Below are positions 1 through 8,676 of a DNA stretch of 64,000 bases, piece by piece; the first letter of the stretch is position 1; each line of letters opens with the position of its first letter. The notes beneath the pieces were generated by a model. It made no database searches and had not been told where the DNA came from. It saw only the letters and a list, made by a program, of their open reading frames with translations. The translations under genes and the position numbers were made by a program. Source of the DNA: a virus; IMG/VR virus record IMGVR_UViG_3300036770_005052, positions 64,001-128,000 of that record, one strand, 5' to 3'.

Positions 1-2
1 AC

Positions 3-425
3 ACTGGAAAACGTGTTCTTAAAGTTGCCAAGCGTGAACTCCATGTTGAGGAAGTCTTCTACGTGCGCCCTCAGGGGTACTACACTAACCGTAAGGGTAA
101 GAAGTATGAATGGGCCGAAGAGCACCGACAACGCAAGTTAGAGCGCATTTTGAGTGAGTGTGAGGAGTATGCTGATTACTATGAGCAGGGTATGTGTGAA
201 GAGCATATTCGGGATTATCTTCCTCAGGCAATTCGTCAGAACTTTGTAGTCTCATTTAATCTTCGTTCAGTTCTTCACTTTATGGATCTTCGTTCTAAAC
301 TTGATGCTCAAATTGAAATTCAAGCACTTTGTGATGCAATTGCTCCCGAACTTCAAAAATGGTCTCCTAATGTTTGGAGGTATTATGAAGAGAAGCGTCT
401 TCACAAGGCACGTTTGAGTCCATAA
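3..425 (+). CDS. thyX: Flavin-dependent thymidylate synthase, C-terminal part (5' truncated by window)
   Basis: Open frame from base 3; ThyX C-terminal pattern 'E..R..LP......V.S.NLRS.LHF..LR....AQ.EI'; lies upstream of phoH as in cyanomyoviruses. Confidence 0.85.
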   Translation, partial: TGKRVLKVAKRELHVEEVFYVRPQGYYTNRKGKKYEWAEEHRQRKLERILSECEEYADYYEQGMCEEHIRDYLPQAIRQNFVVSFNLRSVLHFMDLRSKLDAQIEIQALCDAIAPELQKWSPNVWRYYEEKRLHKARLSP

Positions 426-428
426 ATA
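422..428 (+). promoter_or_regulatory. T4-type late promoter (ATAAATA)
   Basis: ATAAATA about 25 nt upstream of ORF 453. Confidence 0.55.
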
Positions 429-452
429 TTTTTGTGTTGATTTTGTAACTTT

Positions 453-695
453 ATGGCAATATATCCAATTATTAACAAAGAGACTGGTGAGAAAAAAGTC
501 ATTGAGATGAGTGTTAATGATATTATGCAGTGGTATAAAGACAATCCTGAATGGAAAAGGGATTGGTCTGAAGGATGTGCTACTCCAGGAGAAGTTGGTG
601 ATTGGAGGAATAAACTAACCTCCAAGCATCCTTCGTGGAATACCGTCCTAGAAAAAGCATCAAAAGCACCAGGTTCAACTGTTAAGAAACTCTAA
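453..695 (+). CDS. Small hypothetical protein
   Basis: 80 aa ORF packed between thyX and phoH. Confidence 0.75.
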   Translation: MAIYPIINKETGEKKVIEMSVNDIMQWYKDNPEWKRDWSEGCATPGEVGDWRNKLTSKHPSWNTVLEKASKAPGSTVKKL

Positions 696-696
696 T

Positions 697-1449
697 ATGG
701 CAAGAAGAAAAAGAACAGAGCAACCAATCGGAGTTGGTCTTACTACTCGTCAAACAAAGCGTAAAAAAACATTGAGTTCTGAATATCTAATTGATATAGA
801 ACCACTTACAGAAAATCAAAGAAAACTTTTTGAATCTTATTCGGAACAAAAGCATATAGTTGCTTATGGTTGCGCAGGAACAGGTAAAACTTTTATCACA
901 CTTTACAATGCTTTATGTGAAGTTTTGGATGAAAGATCTCCATATGAAAAAATTTATTTGGTTCGTTCATTAGTTGCTACACGGGAAATTGGCTTTCTTC
1001 CTGGTTCATATGATGATAAGTCAGATATTTATCAAATTCCCTATAAGAATATGGTAAAATATATGTTCCAACTTTCAAGCGATGCGGAGTTTGAGATGCT
1101 CTATGGAAATCTCAAATCGCAGGAAACGATTAAGTTCTGGTCAACTTCTTTTCTTCGTGGAACAACATTAGATAATGCAATTATCATCGTGGATGAGTTT
1201 CAAAATTGCACAATGCATGAATTGGATTCTATTATTACTCGTGTCGGTGAAAGTTCAAAAATTATGTTTTGTGGAGATGCAACCCAATCCGATTTGCAAA
1301 AAACAAACGAGCGAAATGGTATCATAGATTTTATGACAGTATTGCGAAAAATGCCATCTTTTGATATAATTGAGTTTGGTGTAGACGATATTGTTCGTTC
1401 TGGACTTGTTAAAGAATACATTGTTGCAAAAATGGATGCTGGTTTTTGA
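697..1449 (+). CDS. phoH: PhoH-like ATPase
   Basis: Walker A GCAGTGKT, 'REIGFLPG', 'FLRGTTL', 'IIVDEFQN', 'GD..QSD', 'DIVRSGLVK'. Confidence 0.95.
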   Translation: MARRKRTEQPIGVGLTTRQTKRKKTLSSEYLIDIEPLTENQRKLFESYSEQKHIVAYGCAGTGKTFITLYNALCEVLDERSPYEKIYLVRSLVATREIGFLPGSYDDKSDIYQIPYKNMVKYMFQLSSDAEFEMLYGNLKSQETIKFWSTSFLRGTTLDNAIIIVDEFQNCTMHELDSIITRVGESSKIMFCGDATQSDLQKTNERNGIIDFMTVLRKMPSFDIIEFGVDDIVRSGLVKEYIVAKMDAGF

Positions 1450-2129
1450 TGTTTAATCATATTGATATTGAACTCCCACAGTTGGAGCGTGAAACAATCG
1501 ATGGCGTAAGATATTACAAAGTCCCTGACGCAGAAGAACTTCTCCGACTGGTCTCCATCACTTCGGTGACCAGTCATTTTAATAAAGAAATTTTTGTTAA
1601 ATGGCGTAAAAAAGTCGGTGAAGAAGAAGCAGATAAGATTACTCGGCAGGCAACTAGTCGGGGAACTGATATGCATACTTTAGTTGAGCATCTTTTAAAA
1701 AACGAAGACCTTCCATCAGTTCAACCTCTTTCTGAGTTTTTATTTAAAATTGCAAAACCAGAACTCAATCGTATAAATAATATTTACGCCCTTGAGGGGT
1801 CCCTATATAGTAAGCAACTGGGAATCGCGGGAACAGTTGATTGTATTGCCGAATATAATGGTGAGTTAGCGATAATCGACTTTAAGACTTCTAAAAAACC
1901 AAAACCACGTGAGTGGATTGAGCATTATTTTGTTCAGTGTATGGCATATGGATGTATGCTTTACGAATTGACTGGAATTTCAGTCAAAAAACTTGTAATC
2001 ATTATGGCTTGCGAAAATGGAGAATGTATCGTTTATGAAGAATATGACAAATCAAAATACATCAAACTACTCACCCAATATATTAGAAAGTTTGTTAGAG
2101 ATAAATTGGAACTCTATGGAAACGAATAA
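1446..2129 (+). CDS. PD-(D/E)XK exonuclease (cyanophage exonuclease A-like)
   Basis: 'SITSV', 'RGTDMH', 'AGTVDCIAEY..ELAIIDFKTS', 'YFVQ..AY' motifs. Confidence 0.9.
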   Translation: MMFNHIDIELPQLERETIDGVRYYKVPDAEELLRLVSITSVTSHFNKEIFVKWRKKVGEEEADKITRQATSRGTDMHTLVEHLLKNEDLPSVQPLSEFLFKIAKPELNRINNIYALEGSLYSKQLGIAGTVDCIAEYNGELAIIDFKTSKKPKPREWIEHYFVQCMAYGCMLYELTGISVKKLVIIMACENGECIVYEEYDKSKYIKLLTQYIRKFVRDKLELYGNE

Positions 2130-2376
2130 AGAATTAGAAAAAGCAATAGAAAATAAATTTTTAACACCTTCTAAGTTTGCTCTTGAAATTGAAAAAATTG
2201 TTGCTGAAGAAAATTTTAACTATATTGATGCAATTGTTCATTATTGCGAAATCAATAATCTTGAAGTAGAATCAGTTACGAAACTCATTTCAAAACCTTT
2301 GAAAGAAAGATTAAAGTGGGACGCAACTCGTCTTAACTTTATGAAAAAAACTTCGAGAGCACGACTTCCACTATGA
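2116..2376 (+). CDS. gp33: Late-promoter transcription coactivator gp33
   Basis: 'F...IEKIV.....YIDAIV.YCE.N.LE.E.V.KLISKPLKE.L..DA..LNF'; start moved from 2017 to ATG 2116, which overlaps the exonuclease end. Confidence 0.85.
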   Translation: METNKELEKAIENKFLTPSKFALEIEKIVAEENFNYIDAIVHYCEINNLEVESVTKLISKPLKERLKWDATRLNFMKKTSRARLPL

Positions 2377-2963
2377 GTCCTTTTGAGACATATCAAACTT
2401 ATCTTTCTATGAAAAGTCATTTTACTAATAGTAAATATGACTTTTTTAAATATGGGGGTAAATCTAGAGCAACCGTTACTTCTTTTAACAAACGGCGCGA
2501 TAAATATTTTTTTGAGAAGACAAGTCGCAAGTATTCTGATAAAGAAGTCGTAGATTTTTTAGTATCAAACTTTGTAGCATCGGATTCCCCTAGCAACTTA
2601 TGGATTGGAGAAATTATCAATTCTGGAGAAAGGACCTACGCAGATTGGATGCGGAGACAGCAGAGTTTGACTTACTTGTTCAAAGAACAATCAACGGAAT
2701 TGTTCTCCGAAAGCGAATTGGAAACTGTGTTCAACTGCTCCAAAGGACATCCTATAGTCCTCAAAAGATTTCTAAGCGGGAAATTATCACCAGAAACATT
2801 CGTAATTTACGACAAAATATTTTCAATCGTAAAAGATTTTGACAAGAAACTGTTGGATCCCGTATGGGAAACTGTTAGTTTAAAGATTAAAAAGTATTCT
2901 TCGTTTCTAAATATTGATGTATTTCAGTACAAAAAAATTTTAAGGGAAATCATAGATGAGTAA
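2373..2963 (+). CDS. gp59: Helicase loader gp59
   Basis: 'Y..YL.MK.HF....YDFFKY.GK', 'F.KRRDKYFFEK'; gp33-gp59-gp32 synteny. Confidence 0.85.
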   Translation: MSPFETYQTYLSMKSHFTNSKYDFFKYGGKSRATVTSFNKRRDKYFFEKTSRKYSDKEVVDFLVSNFVASDSPSNLWIGEIINSGERTYADWMRRQQSLTYLFKEQSTELFSESELETVFNCSKGHPIVLKRFLSGKLSPETFVIYDKIFSIVKDFDKKLLDPVWETVSLKIKKYSSFLNIDVFQYKKILREIIDE

Positions 2964-3288
2964 CTTTTTTGACTCCGATATTATTCAAGACGAATTGAAA
3001 GAAATCAATAAGTTGCAAGAAGAGATTTACGGTAGTATTCTCACTTTTGGTGGAATGACCCGCGAAACAAAACTGGAACATATTGAAAAACTTGAAATCT
3101 TGTTAGAAAAACAAAGAGTGATGTACACTAGATTATCCCTTTCAGATGATCCAAAGGCGGTCGAAATGAAAGAGAACCTACGCAAATCAGTTGCACTGAT
3201 GGGTTTCCCACCAGAAACTGATATGAATATATTATTCTGTAGTATGAATAAAACAATCGAATCTCTCAAGCAATATATTGACCTCTGA
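2956..3288 (+). CDS. DUF1825-like cyanobacterial/cyanophage protein
   Basis: 'FFDSDIIQDEL', 'LLEKQRVMYTRLSLSDDP.A' pattern recognised from memory. Confidence 0.7.
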   Translation: MSNFFDSDIIQDELKEINKLQEEIYGSILTFGGMTRETKLEHIEKLEILLEKQRVMYTRLSLSDDPKAVEMKENLRKSVALMGFPPETDMNILFCSMNKTIESLKQYIDL

Positions 3289-3306
3289 GAGCATCTTTGC
3301 TATAAT
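3278..3306 (+). promoter_or_regulatory. sigma70-type promoter for gp32
   Basis: TTGACC-17 bp-TATAAT with extended -10 TG. Confidence 0.75.
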
Positions 3307-3349
3307 ATCTAAGTAAATCACTCGAATCCAATTTATCCGAGGTAATCTA

Positions 3350-4279
3350 ATGGGCTTTGCCGATCTTAAAAAACAATCTAAACTGGGCTCTCTGACCGCC
3401 AAACTGGTCAAAGAAGTCGAAAAAATGAATACCACCAATAGTTCTTCTGACGAACGTGTATGGAAGTTAGACGTAGATAAAAGTGGTAATGGTTTCGCAG
3501 TAATTCGTTTTCTTCCTGCTCCTGATGGGGAAGATCTTCCGTTTGTAAAGCTTTATAGCCACGCATTCCAAGGCACTGGTGGTTGGTATATTGAAAACTC
3601 CTTAACCACTATCGGCCAAAAAGATCCAGTTTCTGAATATAACACTCAACTCTGGAACAATGGAACTGATGCTGGTAAAGAATTAGCGCGTAAGCAAAAG
3701 CGCAAATTAACTTATATTAGCAACATTTATGTTGTGAAGGATCCTGCTAATCCCGAAAACGAAGGTAAAGTCTTTCTCTTTAAGTACGGTAAAAAAATCT
3801 TTGACAAACTGACTGCAGCTATGCAACCCGAGTTTGAAGATGAAGAAGCAATTGATCCTTTTGACTTCTGGCAAGGTGCCAACTTCAAGTTGAAGGCAAA
3901 AAATGTTGCTGGTTATCGTAACTATGATTCCAGCGAGTTTGCAAATCCCGCTCCTATGCTGGACGATGATGATGCAATGGAAGCGGTATGGAAGAAGCAA
4001 TATTCACTTGCCGAACTAGTTGCTGCCGATCAGTTCAAGACTTATGATGAACTGAAAAAGCGTCTTGATTCTGTTCTTGGTTCTAAGTCTTCTGTTCGTT
4101 TAGATGAAGAAGTTGAGAATGAGGAAGAGTATTCTCGTGGTTCTGTGAAGGAACTTGATGATGATCTTCGTTCAGAACTTAACAATCTGAAACCTACTCG
4201 ACGTGCTTCTGCACCTGTGGAGGAAGATGAGGATGATGATGCCCTCAGTTATTTTGCAAAACTTGCATCAGACGATTGA
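3350..4279 (+). CDS. gp32: Single-stranded DNA-binding protein gp32
   Basis: 'DKSGNG.AVIRFLPA', 'H.FQ..GGWYIENSLTT', 'YGKKIFDK', 'NFKLK', acidic C-terminal tail. Confidence 0.95.
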   Translation: MGFADLKKQSKLGSLTAKLVKEVEKMNTTNSSSDERVWKLDVDKSGNGFAVIRFLPAPDGEDLPFVKLYSHAFQGTGGWYIENSLTTIGQKDPVSEYNTQLWNNGTDAGKELARKQKRKLTYISNIYVVKDPANPENEGKVFLFKYGKKIFDKLTAAMQPEFEDEEAIDPFDFWQGANFKLKAKNVAGYRNYDSSEFANPAPMLDDDDAMEAVWKKQYSLAELVAADQFKTYDELKKRLDSVLGSKSSVRLDEEVENEEEYSRGSVKELDDDLRSELNNLKPTRRASAPVEEDEDDDALSYFAKLASDD

Positions 4280-4288
4280 TTTTGTGCG

Positions 4289-4307
4289 GGGGGGGAAACC
4301 CCCCTTT
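4289..4307 (+). terminator. Intrinsic terminator between convergent gp32 and gp53
   Basis: GGGGGG-GAAA-CCCCCC hairpin followed by TTTCTT. Confidence 0.75.
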
Positions 4308-4308
4308 C

Positions 4309-4962
4309 TTATATTAAAGTATTTCTAGTATTTTCGGTGCGAATTAATTTTTCATCAATGTATTGTGACGATTGATCATACAATAATGAAGTTCTCATAT
4401 CTTTAACTACTTGTTTTAAATAACCAGGTTTAAGAACATATATTGTCCTTTTTTTATTATTTTTTTCCACCTCATATTCATAATTTGATATTCCAATAAC
4501 TGGTGGTGGACTAATAACTGCTAATCTATTAGATGGATCTGGTATAGTAAAATTTGAATCTACAGTTTTACCTTTTGGTAAAATTAATCTATTGTTTGAA
4601 TCTAACACTTCTATAGTTTCGTAATGATGAATTGAATTTAATTCATTTCCATATTTTTCTAGACAATATTCATATAGATCTTTATCAGATAGTGGCCATT
4701 GATCTCTTATATTTGTTATTCCAGCACTAATTAAGATAACCCAATCATATTGAGTGCTATTATATAATTCCTTAGCTACTAAATCTGGTCTAGAACCATC
4801 TGGAATTTGGTATTTGTAAAATATTGTAAATACATTTTGAAGGTCATCTCTAAGTTTAGCCCTACGAAATAAATTTTTAACAGTTACATACTCGTCAGAT
4901 GAAACTCTGGAAGATAATGGTGATTGATATTCTAAATTTGGAAGTTCTCTAAAGTAAGACAT
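4309..4962 (-). CDS. gp53: Baseplate wedge subunit gp53
   Basis: 'YF..LP', 'RPD.VA..LY....YDWVIL', 'IHHYE', 'NYEYE...N..KR.I'. Confidence 0.85.
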   Translation of the reverse strand: MSYFRELPNLEYQSPLSSRVSSDEYVTVKNLFRRAKLRDDLQNVFTIFYKYQIPDGSRPDLVAKELYNSTQYDWVILISAGITNIRDQWPLSDKDLYEYCLEKYGNELNSIHHYETIEVLDSNNRLILPKGKTVDSNFTIPDPSNRLAVISPPPVIGISNYEYEVEKNNKKRTIYVLKPGYLKQVVKDMRTSLLYDQSSQYIDEKLIRTENTRNTLI

Positions 4963-5876
4963 TAGTAACCTACCCCTTCTTTTCCTTCTTCTTCATTATA
5001 ATCTTCAGCATATACAACAGATAGTTCTTGAAAAGCTAATGATAGTTGTAAATGTACTGGAGTTGCATCTGGATATGTTGCATACATTCCAGAAGCTGTA
5101 TAATTAACTCCCATATTAATAAGAGCACAAGGTTTAAATCTATTTAAAAATGGATGATTTCTTCCACCACTCATGTATGAAAGTAAAAAAACGTTTGGAG
5201 ATTTAACAAAAAATCCTCCGCCAGAAGATTCTGCAGAACCTTTACTTGCACTCATATTTTGTTTAAAAATTCTAATAATATTTTTTACTATTTCAGATTC
5301 TTCTTTTGATCTTGGAATCAAATCATATGTAAATTGGAATGGTGTTCTAATTGTTACTCCACCAAATAACAGTTCAACATTTTGGTTTACAACAGCACCA
5401 GTTGCTCTTGATACCAATTGATTAATATCAGCACTTCCATTTAAAAGAGTTTGTACAGCTAATCCTGCAAAAGTTGTTGATGCAGCTTTTTGACCCGTTG
5501 CATCAGTTACTGCTCCAGATATTTTATCTAAAGCTCCTTGAACTGCTTTTAGTCCTGTATTAAAAGGATTTGAGGATGTTATTACCTTCTCAGTACCACT
5601 CAACAATCCTCCAGCAAGAGAATTTAAACTATTTTCTCCCCAACTAGCAGAATTTGAATCGCTAATATTTTGTGGTATTGGTAAAATAATTGTTTGCAAT
5701 AATACTTTATTATTTTTTATAGATTGGTCTGCGCTACCCAAAGCAAATCCAGAACCCTGTTGTCCCAATCCAGGAGGAACATACTGTACAATTTCGATTT
5801 TAAGATAATCATCCCTTTCCCCTATATTTTTAAGAGGATACCTCAATTGTTGTGGTGGCGAGGAATTTGGTGCCAT
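4962..5876 (-). CDS. gp48: Baseplate tail-tube cap gp48-like
   Basis: 'LRYP', 'I.LPIP..I.D', 'N.N.ELLF.G...R.F.F...L.PRS..E...V..II..FK', 'FQEL'. Confidence 0.8.
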   Translation of the reverse strand: MAPNSSPPQQLRYPLKNIGERDDYLKIEIVQYVPPGLGQQGSGFALGSADQSIKNNKVLLQTIILPIPQNISDSNSASWGENSLNSLAGGLLSGTEKVITSSNPFNTGLKAVQGALDKISGAVTDATGQKAASTTFAGLAVQTLLNGSADINQLVSRATGAVVNQNVELLFGGVTIRTPFQFTYDLIPRSKEESEIVKNIIRIFKQNMSASKGSAESSGGGFFVKSPNVFLLSYMSGGRNHPFLNRFKPCALINMGVNYTASGMYATYPDATPVHLQLSLAFQELSVVYAEDYNEEEGKEGVGY

Positions 5877-5889
5877 TCTTTTTTGTAAT

Positions 5890-5896
5890 TATTTAT
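5890..5896 (-). promoter_or_regulatory. T4-type late promoter for gp48-gp53
   Basis: ATAAATA on - strand just upstream of the gp48 start. Confidence 0.5.
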
Positions 5897-6453
5897 TACC
5901 TATTTGTAATAAATCTTGCATATGGTAATTCTCTTAAAGAAGAAAATTCATATAAAGAAACTGGAAATAAAGGACTTGCAACTTCTGGATAGGTATACTG
6001 TCTTATTTTACCCCAATGATAATTAAATCCAAAAAACCCGTTTTCGGTTTTGTTTCCAGCCAATATTAGAGGATGGCGATCATAAACTATCTTTGGTGTT
6101 TTTGCATAATAAACAAAAGTATAATACTTACCAGAAGAAATGGTATTAGATTCTTTTTCCGATAAAGCTTCTATAATTGCATCCATAAGTTCTTCTGGAC
6201 TTTCAGTTCCATATAAACTGTTAACCAATCTTTGAATTCTATTTTCTGGTTTATTTTGGATTTTTGGATTTGCATTTTTATAATCCGTATCATTTTTAAT
6301 AATTTCAATTAATTTTTCTTTTGATAACTTAGAATATCCAGTAGTTTTTCCTTGACCAGATTCTCCAATATAGTAAATTGTATGGTTCTTTGCAATTTCA
6401 ACTAACTCATTTTTTGTGTATTGCTCTAAAGGCTTTTCGTATCCTGATATCAT
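5896..6453 (-). CDS. gp2-like (DNA end protector-like) protein with an N-terminal helical extension
   Basis: 'GKYYTFVY.AKT....YD.HPLI', 'GFNYHW' resemble T4 gp2; adjacent to gp4. Confidence 0.5.
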   Translation of the reverse strand: MISGYEKPLEQYTKNELVEIAKNHTIYYIGESGQGKTTGYSKLSKEKLIEIIKNDTDYKNANPKIQNKPENRIQRLVNSLYGTESPEELMDAIIEALSEKESNTISSGKYYTFVYYAKTPKIVYDRHPLILAGNKTENGFFGFNYHWGKIRQYTYPEVASPLFPVSLYEFSSLRELPYARFITNR

Positions 6454-6890
6454 TTAATGATTCCTAATTCGTCTTCTGTAAAAATTTTAAATTCCCAATT
6501 TCTATCCTCACAAAATTCTTTAGCAGCTTTCCATTTTTCTTGGTTCTTAGCCCATTCAGTGACTTCAAAAATATATCCTTTTGTTTTTCTTTTTTGCGGA
6601 ATTGGTTCTATTGTTTGCTTTTTAGGTTTTATCTCAATAATATATTTTTTAATTTTTCCATTTGATTCTTTTACTTTAACATAAAAGTCTGGGAAGTATC
6701 TATGAATTTTTCCATCTAAAGGTGAGCGATATGGTAATGCAATTTCTTCACTTCCCCATTCAAGAACATTTTGATTCAAATCGCAATACTTCATAAATTT
6801 TCTTTCCCACAATGATCTATAACAAATATTTGTTGGATCACCCTTGTATTTTTGTGGATAAGTAGGTTTATATTTTCCCTTATATGACAT
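6450..6890 (-). CDS. gp4: Head completion nuclease gp4 (TnsA-like)
   Basis: 'KYKGDP.NI.YRS.WE', 'W.SEE..PY', 'HRYFPDF', 'EIKP', 'N..KW.AA..FC'. Confidence 0.92.
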   Translation of the reverse strand: MSYKGKYKPTYPQKYKGDPTNICYRSLWERKFMKYCDLNQNVLEWGSEEIALPYRSPLDGKIHRYFPDFYVKVKESNGKIKKYIIEIKPKKQTIEPIPQKRKTKGYIFEVTEWAKNQEKWKAAKEFCEDRNWEFKIFTEDELGIIK

Positions 6891-6929
6891 CTAAATAGTT
6901 AATAACTAAAACTACCTTAAGGTATTTAG
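6891..6929. promoter_or_regulatory. Pair of face-to-face late-promoter-like boxes
   Basis: CTAAATA on + (6891-6897) and on - (6923-6929) in the 40 bp gap between divergent genes. Confidence 0.5.
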
Positions 6930-6930
6930 A

Positions 6931-7752
6931 GTGTCATATCCTCGTAGAATATCCGATATTAAACCTCTTTTTACAAATCTTGCCCAAACATCTCACTATG
7001 AAGTTCAATTCGGGGGTCTTAGTAGAGAATTATTGGCTTATCTTGCGGTAAGAGGAGTTGATGCTGGATTTATATATCGCGATGCGGGGCTTTTGTGTTC
7101 TTCCACAAGTATTCCAACATTTCAACTTGGATCTGGTGAAATTTATAATCACATTGGAGTTCAAGAAAAATTTGCATATTCAAAAAATTATTCACAAGTG
7201 AGTATGGAATTTTATGTTGACAACGATTATAAAATAATAAAATTTATGGAACATTGGATGGAATTCATTAGTAGTGGATCTCATAATCCAATAGATGGGG
7301 TTTCTCCTCCAGTTGGTCAAGAGTCATCAGCTTATTTTGTTAGGATGCAATATCCATCATATTATAAATCTGATTCAACAAAACTTATAAAATTTGAACG
7401 TGATTATTTTAGCGAAATAGAATATAACTTTATTGGACTTTTTCCACTGAGCATATCTTCAATGCCTGTTTCTTATACTGCTTCAAATATATTGACAATG
7501 GGTGTCACTTTTCAATTTGATCGATATATTGCTGGAAGAAAAACAAGTGACTCTATATATCAGAGCACTGATAATAATAAACAAGCTACTCAAATACAAA
7601 CACAACAAGATCCAGGAAAAGAACCTCTTGTTCCAATTTCTCCTGGTGCTGCTGGAGCAGGTGGTGTTAGATTTGTAAGAAGAGGATCTACTCCTTATGA
7701 AACTGCATCTGAACAATATTTTGATATTCAAGGAACACGCAGAGCTCCATAA
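6931..7752 (+). CDS. Tail-tube-fold protein (gp19/gp54-like tube initiator)
   Basis: 'LAQTSHYEVQF', 'LLCSS.SIP', 'FYVD.DY....F.E.W..FI', 'FPLSI' tube-fold pattern. Confidence 0.65.
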   Translation: MSYPRRISDIKPLFTNLAQTSHYEVQFGGLSRELLAYLAVRGVDAGFIYRDAGLLCSSTSIPTFQLGSGEIYNHIGVQEKFAYSKNYSQVSMEFYVDNDYKIIKFMEHWMEFISSGSHNPIDGVSPPVGQESSAYFVRMQYPSYYKSDSTKLIKFERDYFSEIEYNFIGLFPLSISSMPVSYTASNILTMGVTFQFDRYIAGRKTSDSIYQSTDNNKQATQIQTQQDPGKEPLVPISPGAAGAGGVRFVRRGSTPYETASEQYFDIQGTRRAP

Positions 7753-7755
7753 ATA
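7749..7755 (+). promoter_or_regulatory. T4-type late promoter
   Basis: ATAAATA about 25 nt upstream of ATG 7781. Confidence 0.55.
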
Positions 7756-7780
7756 ATCATACTGAACTTTGCAGGTTATT

Positions 7781-8500
7781 ATGCCTTTACCAAAAATTTC
7801 TACACCAACATATGAGTTGGAAATACCATCATTAAAAAAAACGATTAAATATAGACCTTTTCTTGTTAAAGAAGAAAAAATCTTAATCATTGCAATGGAA
7901 AGTGAAGATACAAAACAAATTGCCGAAGCGGTAAAAACAGTAATTGGAAATTGTATTCTTACACGAGGAATTAAAATTGAAAATCTGGCAACATTTGATA
8001 TTGAATACCTCTTCTTAAATATTCGTGGAAAATCAGTAGGAGAAAATGTTGATATTTTGATTACTTGTCCGGATGATGGAAAAACACAAGTTCCAGTGAG
8101 TATTAATTTGGATGAAATAAAAGTACAAATTGGAAAAGATCATTCTAGAGATATAAAGCTTGATGATAAATTAATTCTTCGAATGAAATATCCATCCATG
8201 GAAGAATTCATTAAAAGTAATTTTTTAAATGAAAATAGTATTAGTGTAGATGATACTTTTGATTTAATATGTTCATGTATTGAGCAAGTTTATGATGAAG
8301 AAGAATCATGGGCAGCATCTGATTTTACAAAAAAAGAACTTGTTGAATTTTTGGAGCAATTAACTTCAAATCAGTTTAAATTAATTGAGAAATTTTTTGA
8401 AACAATGCCAAAACTTTCTCACACTTTAACAATTAAAAATCCAAATACAGAAAATGAAAATACAATCGTATTGGAGGGTTTATCAAGTTTTTTCGCCTAG
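7781..8500 (+). CDS. gp26: Baseplate hub assembly protein (usually annotated gp26 in cyanophages)
   Basis: 'MPLPKI.TPTYEL', 'YRPFLVKEEKIL', 'FDIEYLFLNIR.KSVGE', 'FFETMPKL', 'LEGL..FF'. Confidence 0.85.
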   Translation: MPLPKISTPTYELEIPSLKKTIKYRPFLVKEEKILIIAMESEDTKQIAEAVKTVIGNCILTRGIKIENLATFDIEYLFLNIRGKSVGENVDILITCPDDGKTQVPVSINLDEIKVQIGKDHSRDIKLDDKLILRMKYPSMEEFIKSNFLNENSISVDDTFDLICSCIEQVYDEEESWAASDFTKKELVEFLEQLTSNQFKLIEKFFETMPKLSHTLTIKNPNTENENTIVLEGLSSFFA

Positions 8501-8502
8501 CG

Positions 8503-8676
8503 ATGGCGCATGAAAATCTTGCGTCATACTATAAAACAAATTTTGCTTTAATTCAGCATCATAAATATTCTTTGACAGAATTAGAAAATATGATACCTTG
8601 GGAAAGGGAAGTTTATATTTCTCTTCTCCAGCAGTATATTGAAGAAGAAAACCTAAAGAATCAAACGAATGGCTGA
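8503..8676 (+). CDS. gp51: Baseplate hub assembly catalyst gp51-like (57 aa, not in the ORF track)
   Basis: Hand translation MAHENLASYYKTNFALIQHHKYSLTELENMIPWEREVYISLLQQYIEEENLKNQTNG. Confidence 0.8.
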   Translation: MAHENLASYYKTNFALIQHHKYSLTELENMIPWEREVYISLLQQYIEEENLKNQTNG

